A stretch of DNA of 64,000 bases, taken from positions 74,896,001 to 74,960,000 of the forward strand of contig OX597818.1 in assembly GCA_951406725.2 (NCBI GenBank), given 5' to 3'. The translations under genes were made by a program, and so were the position numbers. Every line of letters starts with the position of its first letter. The first letter of the stretch is position 1. This DNA comes from Octopus vulgaris (Eukaryota). Positions 44,284-58,260 of the stretch are shown here, one piece after another. The notes beneath the pieces were generated by a model. That model was not told where the DNA came from. It ran no database searches and worked only from the letters and a program-made list of their open reading frames with translations.

Positions 44284-45906
44284 AAGCTTACAAATGGGCT
44301 GCTGAATTGAAATCTCTATGCTGCTTTGCGGGAAAGGTAAACATTGAGAAACTGCTTTTCTCTCCGTTGTTGGACTACCGTGATGTTTGTTTAAAAAAGA
44401 TACATTATGACTGTGATAAAATAATGAAAACAACATTTACTAAGTATTTGCTTTCATTATTTTATCACAGGAGATATATCAATAGATAAATGCAATAAGA
44501 GGAGGGATAGAAAGAAGAGATAAGAAGGTAAGAAAGGATTATGTGTGAGTATACATACATGCATGCATACATGCATACATACATACATATGTACATACGT
44601 ACATACATACACACATACACACACATACAGATATGGTGTATGTATGCATGTATGCATATAAGAAATCGTCTGTAGGTGTATTCGGAAATAATAACCTAGA
44701 CATCTGCCAAAATATATTTCGCTAAGTAGTACACCAATTCACGTAATTGATAAACCTGCTTATCGTCTATTGAATGAACATTGTAAATATACGTGAAAGG
44801 GACAGGAATTGTTATATTCTTTTTTCTTCAAATTTTACTTCTGATAACCGATGTATCTTTCTATTGCTTTGGTATATATCACGTTGTGCCTGTTTGAGGG
44901 AACGTGTTGTCTTCTCATCCGATCAACACCAGCTACAATTATTGTATCTGGTCGGTCATTATACACATCTGATCCTAAAGGCTGTTGATCCGTTTGAATA
45001 TAATTCAAGCAAGCACAATGGATTTTGACACGTTGATCTACAAAAAATTAATATAATTAACTTTCACCGTCATTCAATAATAATAATAGACTATTTTTGC
45101 GTTTGTGAGGTAAATATTCCAGGCTATTATTCCCCACTGACATGCAAAGAAAATACAAGCTTTATAAATAATAAGATAGAAACATTATTTTCCTTTATAT
45201 TGCAACTGTAAATTCATAGAATAAATTGACTGCTATTTTCCCCCATTTCGTTTCTACAGGTGAAAGACTGGCAGGGTCGTTAGAGCGTCGGATTGATGAC
45301 ATCCAGTGTTCATACGAGCTTTGCGCTCTAAATTCAAATTCTGCCGATATCTGATTTTGTTTTCATTCTGCGAGATTGATAAACTGATATTTATACAGGA
45401 TAGTGAAAGAAGGAGTGACTATATGTTTTCCTTCCGGTGTATTTTCCCATCTCTTTTTCTTCTGAGAACAAATCACGCCACAATCTAGTTGAAAGTTAGT
45501 CTTAATCCGTTACACGATCTAATACTACTATCTATCCACTTGGGTAACAGTTAGTGACTGTTATTAGTATTGACGCTCCTTCTGATTAACGAAATATAAG
45601 AAATTTCATCAAAATGGTCTTGATATGAGCGTGCGACCGACGGACAGAGAAACTATTACAATATAGATGATTTCGAAATAAATTCGAATTTAAGCAACGA
45701 GCAAACCTACTCTTTCGAAAAGATAAGCATGCTCCTGTATATCAATACAAAGTTAATCCGGAGATCTCTAAAATTTCATCCACCAACGAAATAAGCATTC
45801 AAGTGGTACCATTCTGTAAGGAACCCAGTGGATCAAATATAACCTACAAATTATAGGAACACATTATAAACAGAACGCATGCACAAAGCAAAAGTAGAGC
45901 GTAAAT

Positions 45907-46098
45907 AGGCGCATGCATGGCTGTGTAGTTAAGAAGCTCTCATTGCAACCATGCAGTTTCGGGTTCGGTTCAATTCAGCAATAAATTGGGTGTCTTTTAC
46001 TACAGCACCAGGCCAACTAAAGGATTGTGAGTAAATTTTATATACAGCGACTTTGTGGAGGCCTCTCGTATATGTGCGTGCGTCCGGGCGTGTGTGTG

Positions 46099-46165
<67 letters not shown>

Positions 46166-46380
46166 CCAAGTGGTGGCGTTTGTCTCCCATCACCACTTGG
46201 AAAACAATGCTTGGATCTTTACATTTCCTAACATAGTGGTTCGGCAAAAGAAACCGATAGAATAAGGATCAAATTTAAAACGCAAATATTGGGGTTGATA
46301 CATTTAGCCAAATACATGAAACCGAAACTCCAGCATGGTCGCAGCCCAGTGGCCGAAAGAAGACCAATAATAAAGGAAAG
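45907..46380 (+). mobile_element. SINE family A, diverged copy with internal (TG)n
   Basis: GGCGCATGCATGGCTGTGTAGTTAAGAAGC...GGGTTCGGTTC head; body homologous to 5800-6240. Confidence 0.8.
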
Positions 46381-47142
46381 AATGAAATATCTGGTTCAAA
46401 ACCACTTTTCAAACTCTAGGAAAAGATATTGCACACTGAGTAGCATTAACTTTTCACATGCATAAAAGTTTGTTTTAAGCTCTGCTTACTCTGCTTTCGT
46501 GTGGCAATGCAATTTTACATATTTATTGATTGCTAGGCGAAGACTGTAAGAGATCAAGAAGTTCCTTAAAAGTTAATTTCCGTAAAGAGAAATATAACTT
46601 CAGCAACTAGTATACTTTCGGACAATTTTCTTTTTTTTTTTGTTTTTATTTGTCTTTGTTTCATTTTGTTTGTTTTATATTATTTTGGTTTTAATTTGAT
46701 GAATTGAAGTTTTTTTTATATTGAATAATTCTGCATTCTGTCAGCTATTAACGATTTATCCCCTACTGTAAACATGTAGATCAGAAAAGGAAGAAACGAA
46801 ATTGATCTTCTATATTTTACATAGATTTTATCATAAAGCATATATATCTGTGTGAGTGCGTATGTGTATGTGTGTATGAAGGTAAGTGTTTATGTATTTT
46901 GAAATTCTAGGTACAGTAAATACGGTTTAATTGCAGAAGCATCATCAAACAGACATCAAGTTGGAAAGAGAAATATGTAGGAGCGTTGCAAGATACAAAT
47001 ACGGTGAGATAAATTGATTATAGCATAATTTGATCAATGGATAAAGAGAACAACATGAAATATAGATAGATAGAGAGAGACAGAGAAAGACAAAGACAGA
47101 CAGAGAGACAGGCAGAGATACACAGACAGACATTTAACACAT

Positions 47143-47352
47143 CTTTTTCTACTCTAGGTACAAGGCCTGAAATCTGGGGAAGGGACCAGTCGATTAGATC
47201 GACCCAATATGCTGCTGGTACTTAATTCATCGACCCCGAAAGTATGAAAGACAAATTTGACTTCGGTGGAATTTGAACTCAGAACGTAAAGACAGACGAA
47301 ATACCGCTAAGCATTTCACCCAGCACGCTAAAATTTCTGCCAGCTCGCCGCT
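47143..47352 (-). mobile_element. SINE family B copy (extra head fragment at about 47420-47447)
   Basis: Homologous to 7921-8127. Confidence 0.85.
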
Positions 47353-47486
47353 TTAATGCTCAATAACATGGAGATTGAGTGGGCCACTCCATGTGTTGTA
47401 GCTTACTATTATGCACGTCATAATGTTTCTGCCAGCTCGTCGCCTTAGAATTAGAAAATAACAGGCAGAAAGCTAGACAAACGCAC

Positions 47487-47785
<299 letters not shown>

Positions 47786-48722
47786 TGTGAAGAATATAAT
47801 TGAATAAACGGAGAGAAATTAACAAAAAATAGAGAGAAAGGGGGAGGAGATTATTAAAACGAAGGAAACAGGAAAAGAATCAAGCCTTTTTAGAATTCAC
47901 ATGAAGTAGAAAGAACTGTGGTTTCATATTGTATTCCTTAGTGATACACTGACCTAGTTTTGCGAAAACTCAATGCAGTGAAAATAAATAGATAGATAAA
48001 TAGATATAATACCAAACGGTGAGAGAGAAATGAGAGAAACATGAGAAAAGAAAAAGAGAGAAATGAGCTGAGCTAAGAGAGAGAGATGGGAATTAAAGAG
48101 TGCAGAAACAGAGGGAGTGAATAGGAGGAAAAATACCGAAGCATTATGTAGTGGTTAATGAATCGGTGTTGGATTTCAGCTCTTACACCACCTTGAGCAA
48201 GTAATTACTAATTCTCATAATTTACATGGCTGATTCTGTATAATATACTAACATCATGAAAGGACGTTCTCTTGAGAGATATTGTAATCATGATTTTTCG
48301 TATATTATGTTGTCGGTTTTTTGTTGGTTTTTGTTGGGGTTTTTTTTGAGAAGTGATTAAAACCATGTAAACTATACATTAACCTATTTATTTAGGATTG
48401 GGGGTTTTGTTGTTTTGTTGTTTTGTTTCTTTGTTTTGTTTTTGTATGCGTTATTTTTTAAGTAAATTTTCTTGTTCCGTCGTTCATCTACACAGCTATT
48501 ATAACGAGAACACAAAGCTTTGTTCTTCTGTGTATTTTAGATGTTCGTCTTATTTTCTCTACTGTGGAATTTATATAGGATTTCCTATACTCATCATCAT
48601 TATCATTTTTCTTAATAATGTTGTTGTTATTCTTATTCTTATTGTTGTTGTTGTTAGTGTTGTTTTTGTTATTAATATTACTACTAATACTAATATCATC
48701 GGCATCATCATCATCATTGTCG

Positions 48723-48784
<62 letters not shown>

Positions 48785-49086
48785 GTTTTTGTTGTTGTTG
48801 TTGTTGTTGTTGTTATTGTTCGTGTCGTCGTTGTTATGTTCTGATGTATTTTTTCAAATTATATTTTCTTTTCTCTTGATGTTGGTTTTGAAACATAGTA
48901 TTGTGAGCTGTTGTTTTTGTTATTCTTATTGTTGTTATTCTCGTTGTTGTTGTTGTTGCTACTGCTGTCTAATTAAACGATGATCGATTTTGATATTGAA
49001 ATAATTTTTATGTGAACAAATAAAACACGGATTTGGTAAAAATGTAAAAATAGAAAAACAAATATCTCCAATCCCCCTACTATCTA

Positions 49087-49129
<43 letters not shown>

Positions 49130-49336
49130 TCTTAATATTGCAGTAGATTCAAAGAGATTTTGTGCAGAGGGAAATCGTGTGTACATCAACACGTGTAAAT
49201 CGGAATGCACAGACACACGCATATACATACACACACGCACGCACACACACACATATACAATCACACGTTCCAGCACAAAAATAAATGCAAAAACAACCAT
49301 GCTACCGCAAAGCATTCAAGACAATCACACGCACAC

Positions 49337-49381
<45 letters not shown>

Positions 49382-49384
<3 letters not shown>

Positions 49385-49539
49385 CATAATTAAGAGGAAT
49401 GACCACTAAAGTGGACTCCTAATATGCTAAATATAGACGTTAAATTATCATTAACACGAAGAGTGTGTAATGGCGATTTGACGTCTATATTTAGCATATT
49501 AGGAGTCCACTTAAGTGGTCATTCCTTTTAATTTTGTAT
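49382..49539. repeat. ~160-bp hairpin/palindrome
   Basis: 49382-49445 is the near reverse complement of 49476-49539, and the spacer is itself partly self-complementary. Confidence 0.9.
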
Positions 49540-50205
49540 GTAATAGAATTTTAACCTTCGGATTCTTTTAAATATGCTAAGCCAGTGGTTTTGATTAATT
49601 AATATCAACTTCTACCCTCATTATTTAATTTTACATATATATATGCGTGGGTCTATATATTTGTGCACGTATAGATTTATATATACGTACATATTTATAA
49701 ACATGTGCGCATGTATGTATACGTGTATGTGTGTGTGTGTGTGTCGTAGTGTATGAATATACTATCAATATTCGTAGGCATTATGGAACATACAATGTTG
49801 CAAATAGGAAAACAAAGGCGTATAATCAAAAATTCAAAATGAAAACAAATAAAATATCGATCTACAATTGTATACCATAACACATTATTTCGGATTTATG
49901 CACCACTCATCTACAAAATGGAGAGATAGATCTGTCCACTCAGAATAAACAAAAGAATATTGGTTTACGATGTTGCTTCTTAGTACAATACTTCGGATTA
50001 TACACCGCTTATCTAGAAATGATGAGATGCTCTGATCAGTTTAAATCAGCCATATAGCTGATTCTCAGTCACTAATATTAGAGAAGATACTCTATTTTTA
50101 GACACTGATATTGTGAAATCATGTAAATAGTTCCGGCTTTGTAATAACAGTTGTATCCTAGTTGTTATATCTTTGTAGGCATTATTTAACGGAGAAAGGT
50201 TTTTG

Positions 50206-50355
50206 TATACGAGTGATTGTTAATGTAGATCCGCTGTGTATAAATGAAATGATATAGTACACATTGTAACCCAGTAAGTATATACGAGTGATTGTTAATG
50301 TAGATCCGCTGTGTATAAATGAAATGATATAGTACACATTGTAACCCAGTAAGTA
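50206..50355. repeat. Perfect 75-bp tandem duplication
   Basis: 50206-50280 is identical to 50281-50355. Confidence 0.95.
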
Positions 50356-50574
50356 TATGTCTACATTTTTAACGATGTAGTTGACTAATTATTAGAAACT
50401 ATTGACTTGTAGGGAGCCTGTGGAAAATAACAGTGTATGCCAGTTGTATATTTAATCCCTCCATACGCATCGCTTGATTACGTACACATAATACACAGTA
50501 TGTGTATTTGTGTGCGTGCCTGTGTGTGTTCACGTGCGTATGTGTGTGTGTGTGTGTGTGTGTGTCAAGAAAAA

Positions 50575-50765
50575 AGAAAGGTCCTTCCGAGCCATAGGTT
50601 CATAAGTCCAATTTTCCGGATTATGTGGCGCATATATTCACTCACTGGTCGGAATGGCAGAATGTTTTAGAATTAGTCATTTCTTTAGTTGAGTGAACTG
50701 GAAAAACGTGAATTATAGCGCTTTGCTCAAGAACACAATGCATCACCTGGTCCACGGTCAAAACC
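50575..50765 (-). mobile_element. Diverged SINE fragment (different family)
   Basis: Minus strand contains GTGTTCTTGAGCAAAGCGCT, resembling the CCTTGAGCAAGGCACT domain that follows tRNA heads in mollusc SINEs. Confidence 0.5.
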
Positions 50766-50874
50766 ATATAAAAACACCATGCTAGAAGGGTTCAATTTTA
50801 AGAATAATAAAGCCTGTATTGAACTAAACGGAGATGGGCTTAAATGACGTATGACATCATCCTGCATACAGCAT

Positions 50875-51230
50875 GAATATAACTAGAATATAGTTAGAAG
50901 ATTTCTGAAACTCATAGATACCCGCTTCCTACACTCACATAAATACCACAAAGTCATTAATAGGAATTCGATTAAAGTTATCAATTGTTTCCTCTCCAAC
51001 ATAGGATTGATGATTTCAAACGCACCAAGAATACAATTAGTAACACCTCCATCAAAATCCTGCAATTGTAGATTACCGGATAACTATCCCCTGAAAAATA
51101 TACGTGTGTAGAAGTCTAGCATCACGGACTTGAACGGAACAGCAAAAACTTACATTTGAATGACGGAAACACCTTCAAGGAGACATAAATAATGAACATT
51201 TTAAACATTATGAAGATTTCACCCCTTGCA
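50875..51230 (+). pseudogene. PLE RT-thumb/linker/GIY-YIG fragment
   Basis: NIVRRFLKLIDTRFLHSHKYHKVINRNSIKV...NIGLMISN...CNCRLPDNYPL...KTYI*MTETPFK matches the PLE motif FL.LIDKHFP...LHKIFNRNT.K.SYSC...CNCR....CPL...YIG.TE..FK. Confidence 0.75.
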
Positions 51231-51912
51231 TTCACAAATAACAATTCATACTTCGAAGTTTTCAAGCATAATCCATCCCATATCCACTCTGTCACCCTTC
51301 TAGCCTGGCTTATGAACTTACAACCCCATGGACCAACATAGGTGTCGGAAATATATGAAACCCCAAAAATAATTCAATATGCATGATTAAACACGAACAG
51401 AAGGATATTGCATGTGAGAATTCATATGTATGCTTGCGTGCGTGTATGCATGCGCATGTGTCTATGTGTGTATCTGCCTGTTTTTGTGTATTTTGTATGT
51501 TTATATATTTATATGTGTATTGTAAGTGTAAATATATGTATGAATTTATAAATATGGAGGTGAACGAGCGTTCTTGCATGAGATATTTAAGAAATTATTA
51601 ATTCCTTAATGATCTATAGTGAAAGTAAAAGTCCAGGGCCCGTGCAAGTGAAAAACTAATTAAGGTATTCTTATAAGTTAACATCAGGTTATCGGTTATT
51701 TGTTTCTAAACCCGTGCAGTCTCGTATAAAGTCGTGTATTCCCGTCCAAAGTGGATATAAGTACAAACACTTCCATATGGCACATTCAGCCCCCAAGAAA
51801 TATTTATCCACCAATGCTATCATTTACGCTGCTCGATGTTAGGTTGCATATATATGTATATATATGTATATATATATATATATATATACATATATATATG
51901 TGTGTTTACTCC

Positions 51913-51958
<46 letters not shown>

Positions 51959-52196
51959 GGAGTAAACACATAAATGTGAAACAAGGTGGAAAAGAGAGTA
52001 CTCAAATACCAGTGGTAGAGTAATATACTTTATTTAAAGCAGCAGAAAATTCAACAAAACTTATTCAAGGTAATTTCTACTTGTCTGCAATGCATCAGTG
52101 TTATTTGAAAAACGGCAAGTGATATATGTAATTTTGTATATAGCCAGCTTTGACTTTTGTTGGCATAGCAAGCTTGTAGGGCACAAAATGGATGAC

Positions 52197-52319
52197 TGCA
52201 GGCGCTTTTCTGAAGAAGTTGGTATTCTTGGATCCTTTCATTTTGGCTAGAAATCTGAAATCCTTGTGGTGTTTCATTGTAAAGTCTATATATATATATA
52301 TGGTGTTTCATTGTAAAGA

Positions 52320-52409
<90 letters not shown>

Positions 52410-52496
52410 ATGCAGGCGCTTTTCTGTAGAAGTTGGTATTCTTGAATCCCTTCATTTTGGCTTGAAATCTGAAATCTTGTGGTGTTTCATTGTAAA

Positions 52497-52502
<6 letters not shown>
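52197..52502 (+). repeat. Two ~92-bp direct repeats (52197-52290 and 52411-52502) separated by microsatellites
   Basis: GCAGGCGCTTTTCTG(A/T)AGAAGTTGGTATTCTTG...TGGTGTTTCATTGTAAAGTCTATA occurs twice, with a partial third copy at about 52301-52322. Confidence 0.9.
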
Positions 52503-52558
<56 letters not shown>

Positions 52559-52619
52559 GTATGTATGTGTGTATGTATATATAATATACATAATATAATA
52601 TATATGTATGCATGTATAT

Positions 52620-52811
52620 AAAGTTAATCCAAACAAGAGAGCACAAAAAACACAACGCGAGGACGTGGAACAAATATAGTGTTATTGGACGCTCAGGAAA
52701 GAAGGAAAGAAGGAGGGTTTAACGTTTCGAGCGGAGCCCTTCGTCGGAAACATAGGAGAAGGAAAGATCCAGAGAAGGAAAAAAAATCGCCAACGGTACA
52801 AACGCGGTCTC

Positions 52812-52812
<1 letters not shown>
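52620..52812 (-). mobile_element. ~195-bp non-autonomous element with minimal hammerhead-like motif (PLE pseudo-LTR-like)
   Basis: Minus strand 52717-52751: GTTT-CCGACGA-A-GGGC(TCC)GCTC-GAAA-CGTT-AAAC. An inverted homologue is at 54940-55143, and both copies lie in TA tracts. Confidence 0.65.
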
Positions 52813-52904
<92 letters not shown>

Positions 52905-53882
52905 TGTATGTATGTATGTATGTATGTATGTATCTCAGCTGTATATATGTATATAGTATACGGAATATCAGCGCTCGTGAAATTTCATCATGCGCACGTA
53001 TTGTTTACGGTGTATGTGTGTGTGTGTTTGTGTGTGTCTATGTGTGTGTGTATAGTATATTAATATATATATATACGTGTGTGTATATATATATATATAC
53101 ATATATATACATACATATACATATATATATATATATATAGCATGTGCATAGACACGCACATACGGACACACATACACACACTCACAAACACACATATATT
53201 TACACGCACATACATACATACATACATACATACATACATACATACATACATACACACATACATAAATACGTACGTAAGTACGTATAGCAGCACCATTATT
53301 ATCAATTATTGATCATTTTACAATATCCCGAACATTGATCCTTAAACACAATATCGTATATTATTTTGCTATTTTGATTTACAAACTTCATGTCATTTGT
53401 TCCGAAAACAAATGGTTGTTGATAAGGCATCTCGTTTTCTATTTTATTTTATCCAAATATTATAACAACTATTCCTTCATTGTATGTCACGTTTGATGTT
53501 CATTATCGATTGGTGAACTGATTGATAGAACGTCCTCCAATATATTGTAAATTCTGCAAGATCCGATATCAAATAGGTAGTGATATTACATACATAAAAG
53601 TAAAATATTGACAGAGGGGAGGCAAAGGCTGTGTAGATATATTGAAATAAAGACCGTTGTTAACGTAAATACAGCTGACATTGATGTGTCCGAATAACGT
53701 CACAATATTGATCCACAAATCAAAATAATTATTTCAAAATAGAGACCATATACAAATATAAATCCACAACTTCACAGGAAAAGTCGCATACGGACACATA
53801 CACCTGCGCGCACACACGTATAACAGACCACATATTTTCTAATTCTTTGATGTCTGTAGTCATTCCACAGTTATGCCCATCG

Positions 53883-53973
<91 letters not shown>

Positions 53974-53984
53974 GTATATAACTG

Positions 53985-54900
53985 CCTTATTGAACAAATT
54001 CCACAAATTAGAGGAGGTTCGAGTTTCTGGGTGGTAAGCGGTTCTCAGGTTGCGTTAATCACCAGCTAGTGATGAAAACTTACTCCACTGTGTTTAGCAG
54101 TAGCATATCCCAGTGTTTCAGCAGTACATTGAAGAACCTGGTCTCGAAAATCTTCCTATACTGTAGTATTTTCAATACTGGACAAGCGAATCTGAAGCTC
54201 TTTCCTCAACACAGCATCATATACGTTGTGGACATTCAGACGTAGAGGAATGGCCCTCTTCTCTCTTTCACTCCAGTCCTCATCCGGAACTTTGTTCGCA
54301 CCAGACTGTCATCTGTCCAGCATTTCGATACATGAAAGGACTTGACATTACAGAGGTTATATTTGTCACGCGTGCGGATGATGACATAATGTAGCAAGTG
54401 CCAAAATTTAGACCTTGGATACATCCACATCGTGTGATCACCTTTGTGCATAAAATGTGTGTATGTCATGTAAAGTCCATGTTCATCGCAAAGCTCCTGC
54501 AGCATGAGACCATTGCTATTCATTTTCCCTACAACAAAACGTCCTAAAGAGTTCCATGTTTGCCAGTTTGTTTCCAACTTGGCATTGAAATCCCCCAGTA
54601 GAATCACTTCATCCACTCTAGAGACAAGCCAGAGCGAGATGTCTGGTGCCAATATGAGTCGCAGGCTCGGGGATGTGGGAGCATCATGATCTCCAGCACA
54701 AAGCAAAGACCCCCAGAATCTCCAATGCCATTCTCTGCATATTTGGTTTTATATCAGAGTGACCTTTTCCTAGAGACATGCTTCAGCAGAAGTTGAGGGG
54801 TATCTCACTCCCACAGGTCTTCTAGCACGCTAGACACCTTCCCGAAATTTCTGCGGACCCGTGCTACTGCTAGATAGCGGTTGAGCCTGCACTAAGTTCA
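53985..54900 (-). mobile_element. RTE-clade LINE APE endonuclease pseudogene
   Basis: ORF 54236-54706: VILLGDFNAKL...GRFVVGKMNSNGLMLQELCDEHGL..T.T.F....HTMWMYPRSKFWHLLHYVIIR..D...V..V......CWTDDSLVR. Outer boundaries are approximate. Confidence 0.85.
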
Positions 54901-54939
54901 TCTGACTTTTCAACAGGTTGTGTTTTTATATATATATAT

Positions 54940-55143
54940 ACCTCGTGTGTACTGTTGGCGATTTTTTCCTCTGTCTTCCCCTTCTCTGGATCTTTCCTTC
55001 TCCTATGTTTCCGACGAAAAGCTCCGCTCGAAACGTTAAACCCTCCTTCTTTCCTTCTTTCCTGAGCGTCCAATAATACTATATTTGTTCCACGTCCTCG
55101 CGTTGTGCTTTTTTATATATGCTTTCTTGTTTGGATTAACTTT
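54940..55143 (+). mobile_element. Second copy of the hammerhead-bearing short element
   Basis: Reverse complement of 52620-52812, with the motif at 55007-55041. Confidence 0.65.
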
Positions 55144-55169
55144 ATATATATATATATATATATATAAAT

Positions 55170-56422
55170 ACATAAGAATGCGGAGGTTTTGGTCAATGCT
55201 GGTGGTGGCATGGAGGTACCCATTCTTGTAGAGACTGGTAACATCCTTGCCCCAACTCTCTTTTCTTTGTAATTTGCTGCTGCTGCTGCTTTTACTCATG
55301 CTTTTGCTAAGGTTAGCTTTCTGGGAATATATGTCAGGTAACGGTCTTCTGACCGCCTCTTTAATCTGCGCCGATTTGCTGCCGATTCAAAAGTCTTTCA
55401 GTCTGTTATTCGTGACCTCCTTTATGCAGATGACTGTGACTTAGTCGCTGATACAGTGGATGACATGCAAATACTTAGGAATCGTATCTCTGCTTCTTGC
55501 AAGGCATTTTGATTCAGTATTAGCCTGCACAAGACTGTTGTAATGTTCCAGCCTGCACCAGGAAATCCAAATGTGGAACCAGCTGTCTTGTTTGAAGGAA
55601 CAATACTGAAAGTAGTAGTCAAGCTTGTCTACCTAGGCAGAACACTCAGCGTTCTTGCTCCCTGGGTGATAAAATATCTTTCAGGCTACAGAAACCAACT
55701 GATACTTTGCGATCTCTTCTGTCTCGTGTCTGGTCCTAGCATGGCATCACAAGGCAAACAAAAATTGCTGTATACCGTGCATGTGTACTGATATCGCTCC
55801 TTTACTCATGTGAGACACGGATCCCTTACATCATGCAAAGGTCATTGAAAGCTTTCATCAGATATGTCTGAGACATTTTGAATATTGGCTGGACCTTAAA
55901 AACTTCAGACACAGAGGTCCTGAGGAAAGATGATATCTTAAGTATTGAGGCGATGGTGCACAAGCGTTAAACTGGACAACTTATTAGAATGAAGGATAGC
56001 AGGATCTCTGAACAGATGCTATATGGGGAACTTGTTATTGGAAGAGACCCCGGCAGAAACCAAAGCTGCGGTTTAATGACTGTGTCAAGTCCTCATTAAA
56101 GGTCTATGATAATCAGGAGACCGACTGGGAGAGTAATGCCTGTCATTAACACATATGGAAGAAGTATGTTAAGACGGGATTCGACATCTTTGAGAGAGCA
56201 CTATTCTGCATGAAGAATTTAAGGGTGCTGCTCGAAAGCGCACTGCTAGTGTAGTGAATGTGGAAAGCTTGGTTTGCAATGTTTGCAGTTGTGTATATTT
56301 GTCAAGAGCAGGGATCCTTAGCCACCAACGGAACCGCAAATACAAAATATAAGTTAGTCCTAGAGCGCACAATGTTCCTGAAGGTTTGCAATGGTTTTCC
56401 TCGGTCACGAGTAGACGGCCAT
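55170..56422 (+). mobile_element. RTE-clade LINE reverse transcriptase 3' pseudogene
   Basis: ILAPTLFSL...RLFNLRRFAADSKVFQSVIRDLLYADDCDLV...ISLHKTVVMFQPAP...VYLGRTLS...LLYSCET...QMLYGEL..G.R...KPKLRFNDCVK. Confidence 0.9.
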
Positions 56423-56449
56423 CATATATATAAATATATATAATTTATA

Positions 56450-57594
56450 TCTTTATATATATATAAAACTGAGAATGTGTGCCTGTCTGTTTGTCTGTGT
56501 GTTTCCCTAAAACGTGAGAACTACACAACCAATTTCATTCAAATTTTACACATGCCTTACTTAGGGTCTGGGGAGTGTCATCGGCAAAAACATTTTGAAT
56601 TTTTGGCCTAGGGCGAGCCCACAGCAATATCATATCTTCTCCACTACGATTCCTTAAAACTTGAGAACTACACAACCAATTCCATTCAAGTTTTACACAT
56701 GCCTTACTTAGGGTCCATGTAGTTTCATGGGCAAACAAATGTTCAACTTCTTGCCTAGAGCGAGCCCATATCAATATCATATCTTCTCCACTATTTCAGT
56801 ATTACGTGTTAAAAGTGAATCAAAAACGTTTCTCTATTTTATCTCAGATACTTTCACTTTAACAATAAAAATAATAATAGCAATTGAATTATATGTAGTA
56901 AGTAATAATTAAAATCAAACTAAAGTATAATATAATCGAAACATAACAAAAGTAAAAATAGCAATTGGTATAAAATTTCATCAATGATTTGAACTTGAAT
57001 ATGTGGTTTCACATGAATGGGAATAAATGGAAGAGTCCAGATGGATAATAAAAAATGAAATTAAAGAAAAGACTATTGTCTATAAAGTATACAATGTAGA
57101 GAAAAAAGATTTGAACATATGGAGAAAAACACCTTCGAAAAGTGTCTTGGTGCAACTATGAAAAGTATCTAATCAGAGGCAGTAAATTCGCCACGATAGA
57201 AGCAAGGTTCGAGTCAACGGAGCGTGCAAGGGAGTACTCGACTCGAACTTGCAAAGTGGAAATATTTTATTTTTACCTTTATATCTGGGACATAGGACGT
57301 GCCGGAAAAAAATTTTAAATATCCCTCCCCCCCCCCAGTAGAGGTAGGCTGGATTGTAGCCACACTTCTATACAAGAGGGAGGACAATATACAATTGATC
57401 GAAATTACAAGATGGGCTAACAATTCCAGTCTGTTATATATTTTGAGTATTGTTATCACTAGCGATATCAAGATATAACTTTGTATTTCGTATTTTATGT
57501 GTAGATGTATATATATAGATGTACATGTAATATGTACACATATATACATGCATTCTTACACTATGACCCGGCAACGACGGGTCTTTAATGCTAG
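56450..57594 (+). mobile_element. Complete non-autonomous Helitron (~1.15 kb)
   Basis: 5' end A|TCTTTATATAT..AAAAC. The 3' end has hairpin GACCCG-GCAACGA-CGGGTC (57565-57583) then CTAG|T (57591-57594). There is an internal ~147-bp tandem duplication at about 56506-56795. Confidence 0.8.
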
Positions 57595-57644
57595 TATATA
57601 TATATATATTTATATATATACACATATATATATATATATATATA

Positions 57645-57688
<44 letters not shown>

Positions 57689-57691
57689 AGA

Positions 57692-58260
57692 CGACGGTAC
57701 CCAAAAGTAAACAGAAACGTTTTCTGTGGGACAAGCCCGTTACAGATCGGGCTTCCGCCGCGAGAAGCCACTTCATGAATTCCTCCGGCATGAGAATGCC
57801 GTCCGGCGTCGTTGATTGAGGTCGAATTTGTCACGTGGTACGTCTTTCTTTTGCGTGTTTCTCCCCTCTTCGTCGATATTTGCGATGGCTGAAACGAAGG
57901 AACAGCGTGTTTCTGTGAAATTCTATTTTCTGCTGGGATAAAAGGTGGCCGAAACAGTTGCTATGCTTCAAACAGCGTACAAGTATGCTGCCATGAGCAA
58001 AAGACAAGTTAACGCGTGATTCCGTGTTTTAGAAATAGTCACTTGTCGCTTGAAGACCAACCTCGTTCAGGACGAACGTCGACCTCCCGAACGAATGAAA
58101 ACATCATGAAAATACATGAACTGGTCTTGGAAGACGGTCAACGAGCAACTGACGAACTTTTCGATACGACTTGTGTGTCCTGGAGCTCCTGCTGACGAAT
58201 TTTGAGCGAGGAATTGCGAATGAAAAGAGTTGCAGCAAACCTTGTGCCTCACTTGCTCGA
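57692..58260 (+). mobile_element. Mariner 5' fragment (HTH domains, 3'-truncated)
   Basis: ATG 57885: MAETKEQRVSVKFYFLLG*KVAETVAMLQTAY...SLEDQPRSGRTSTS...RILSEELRMKRVAANLVPHLL. Confidence 0.85.
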
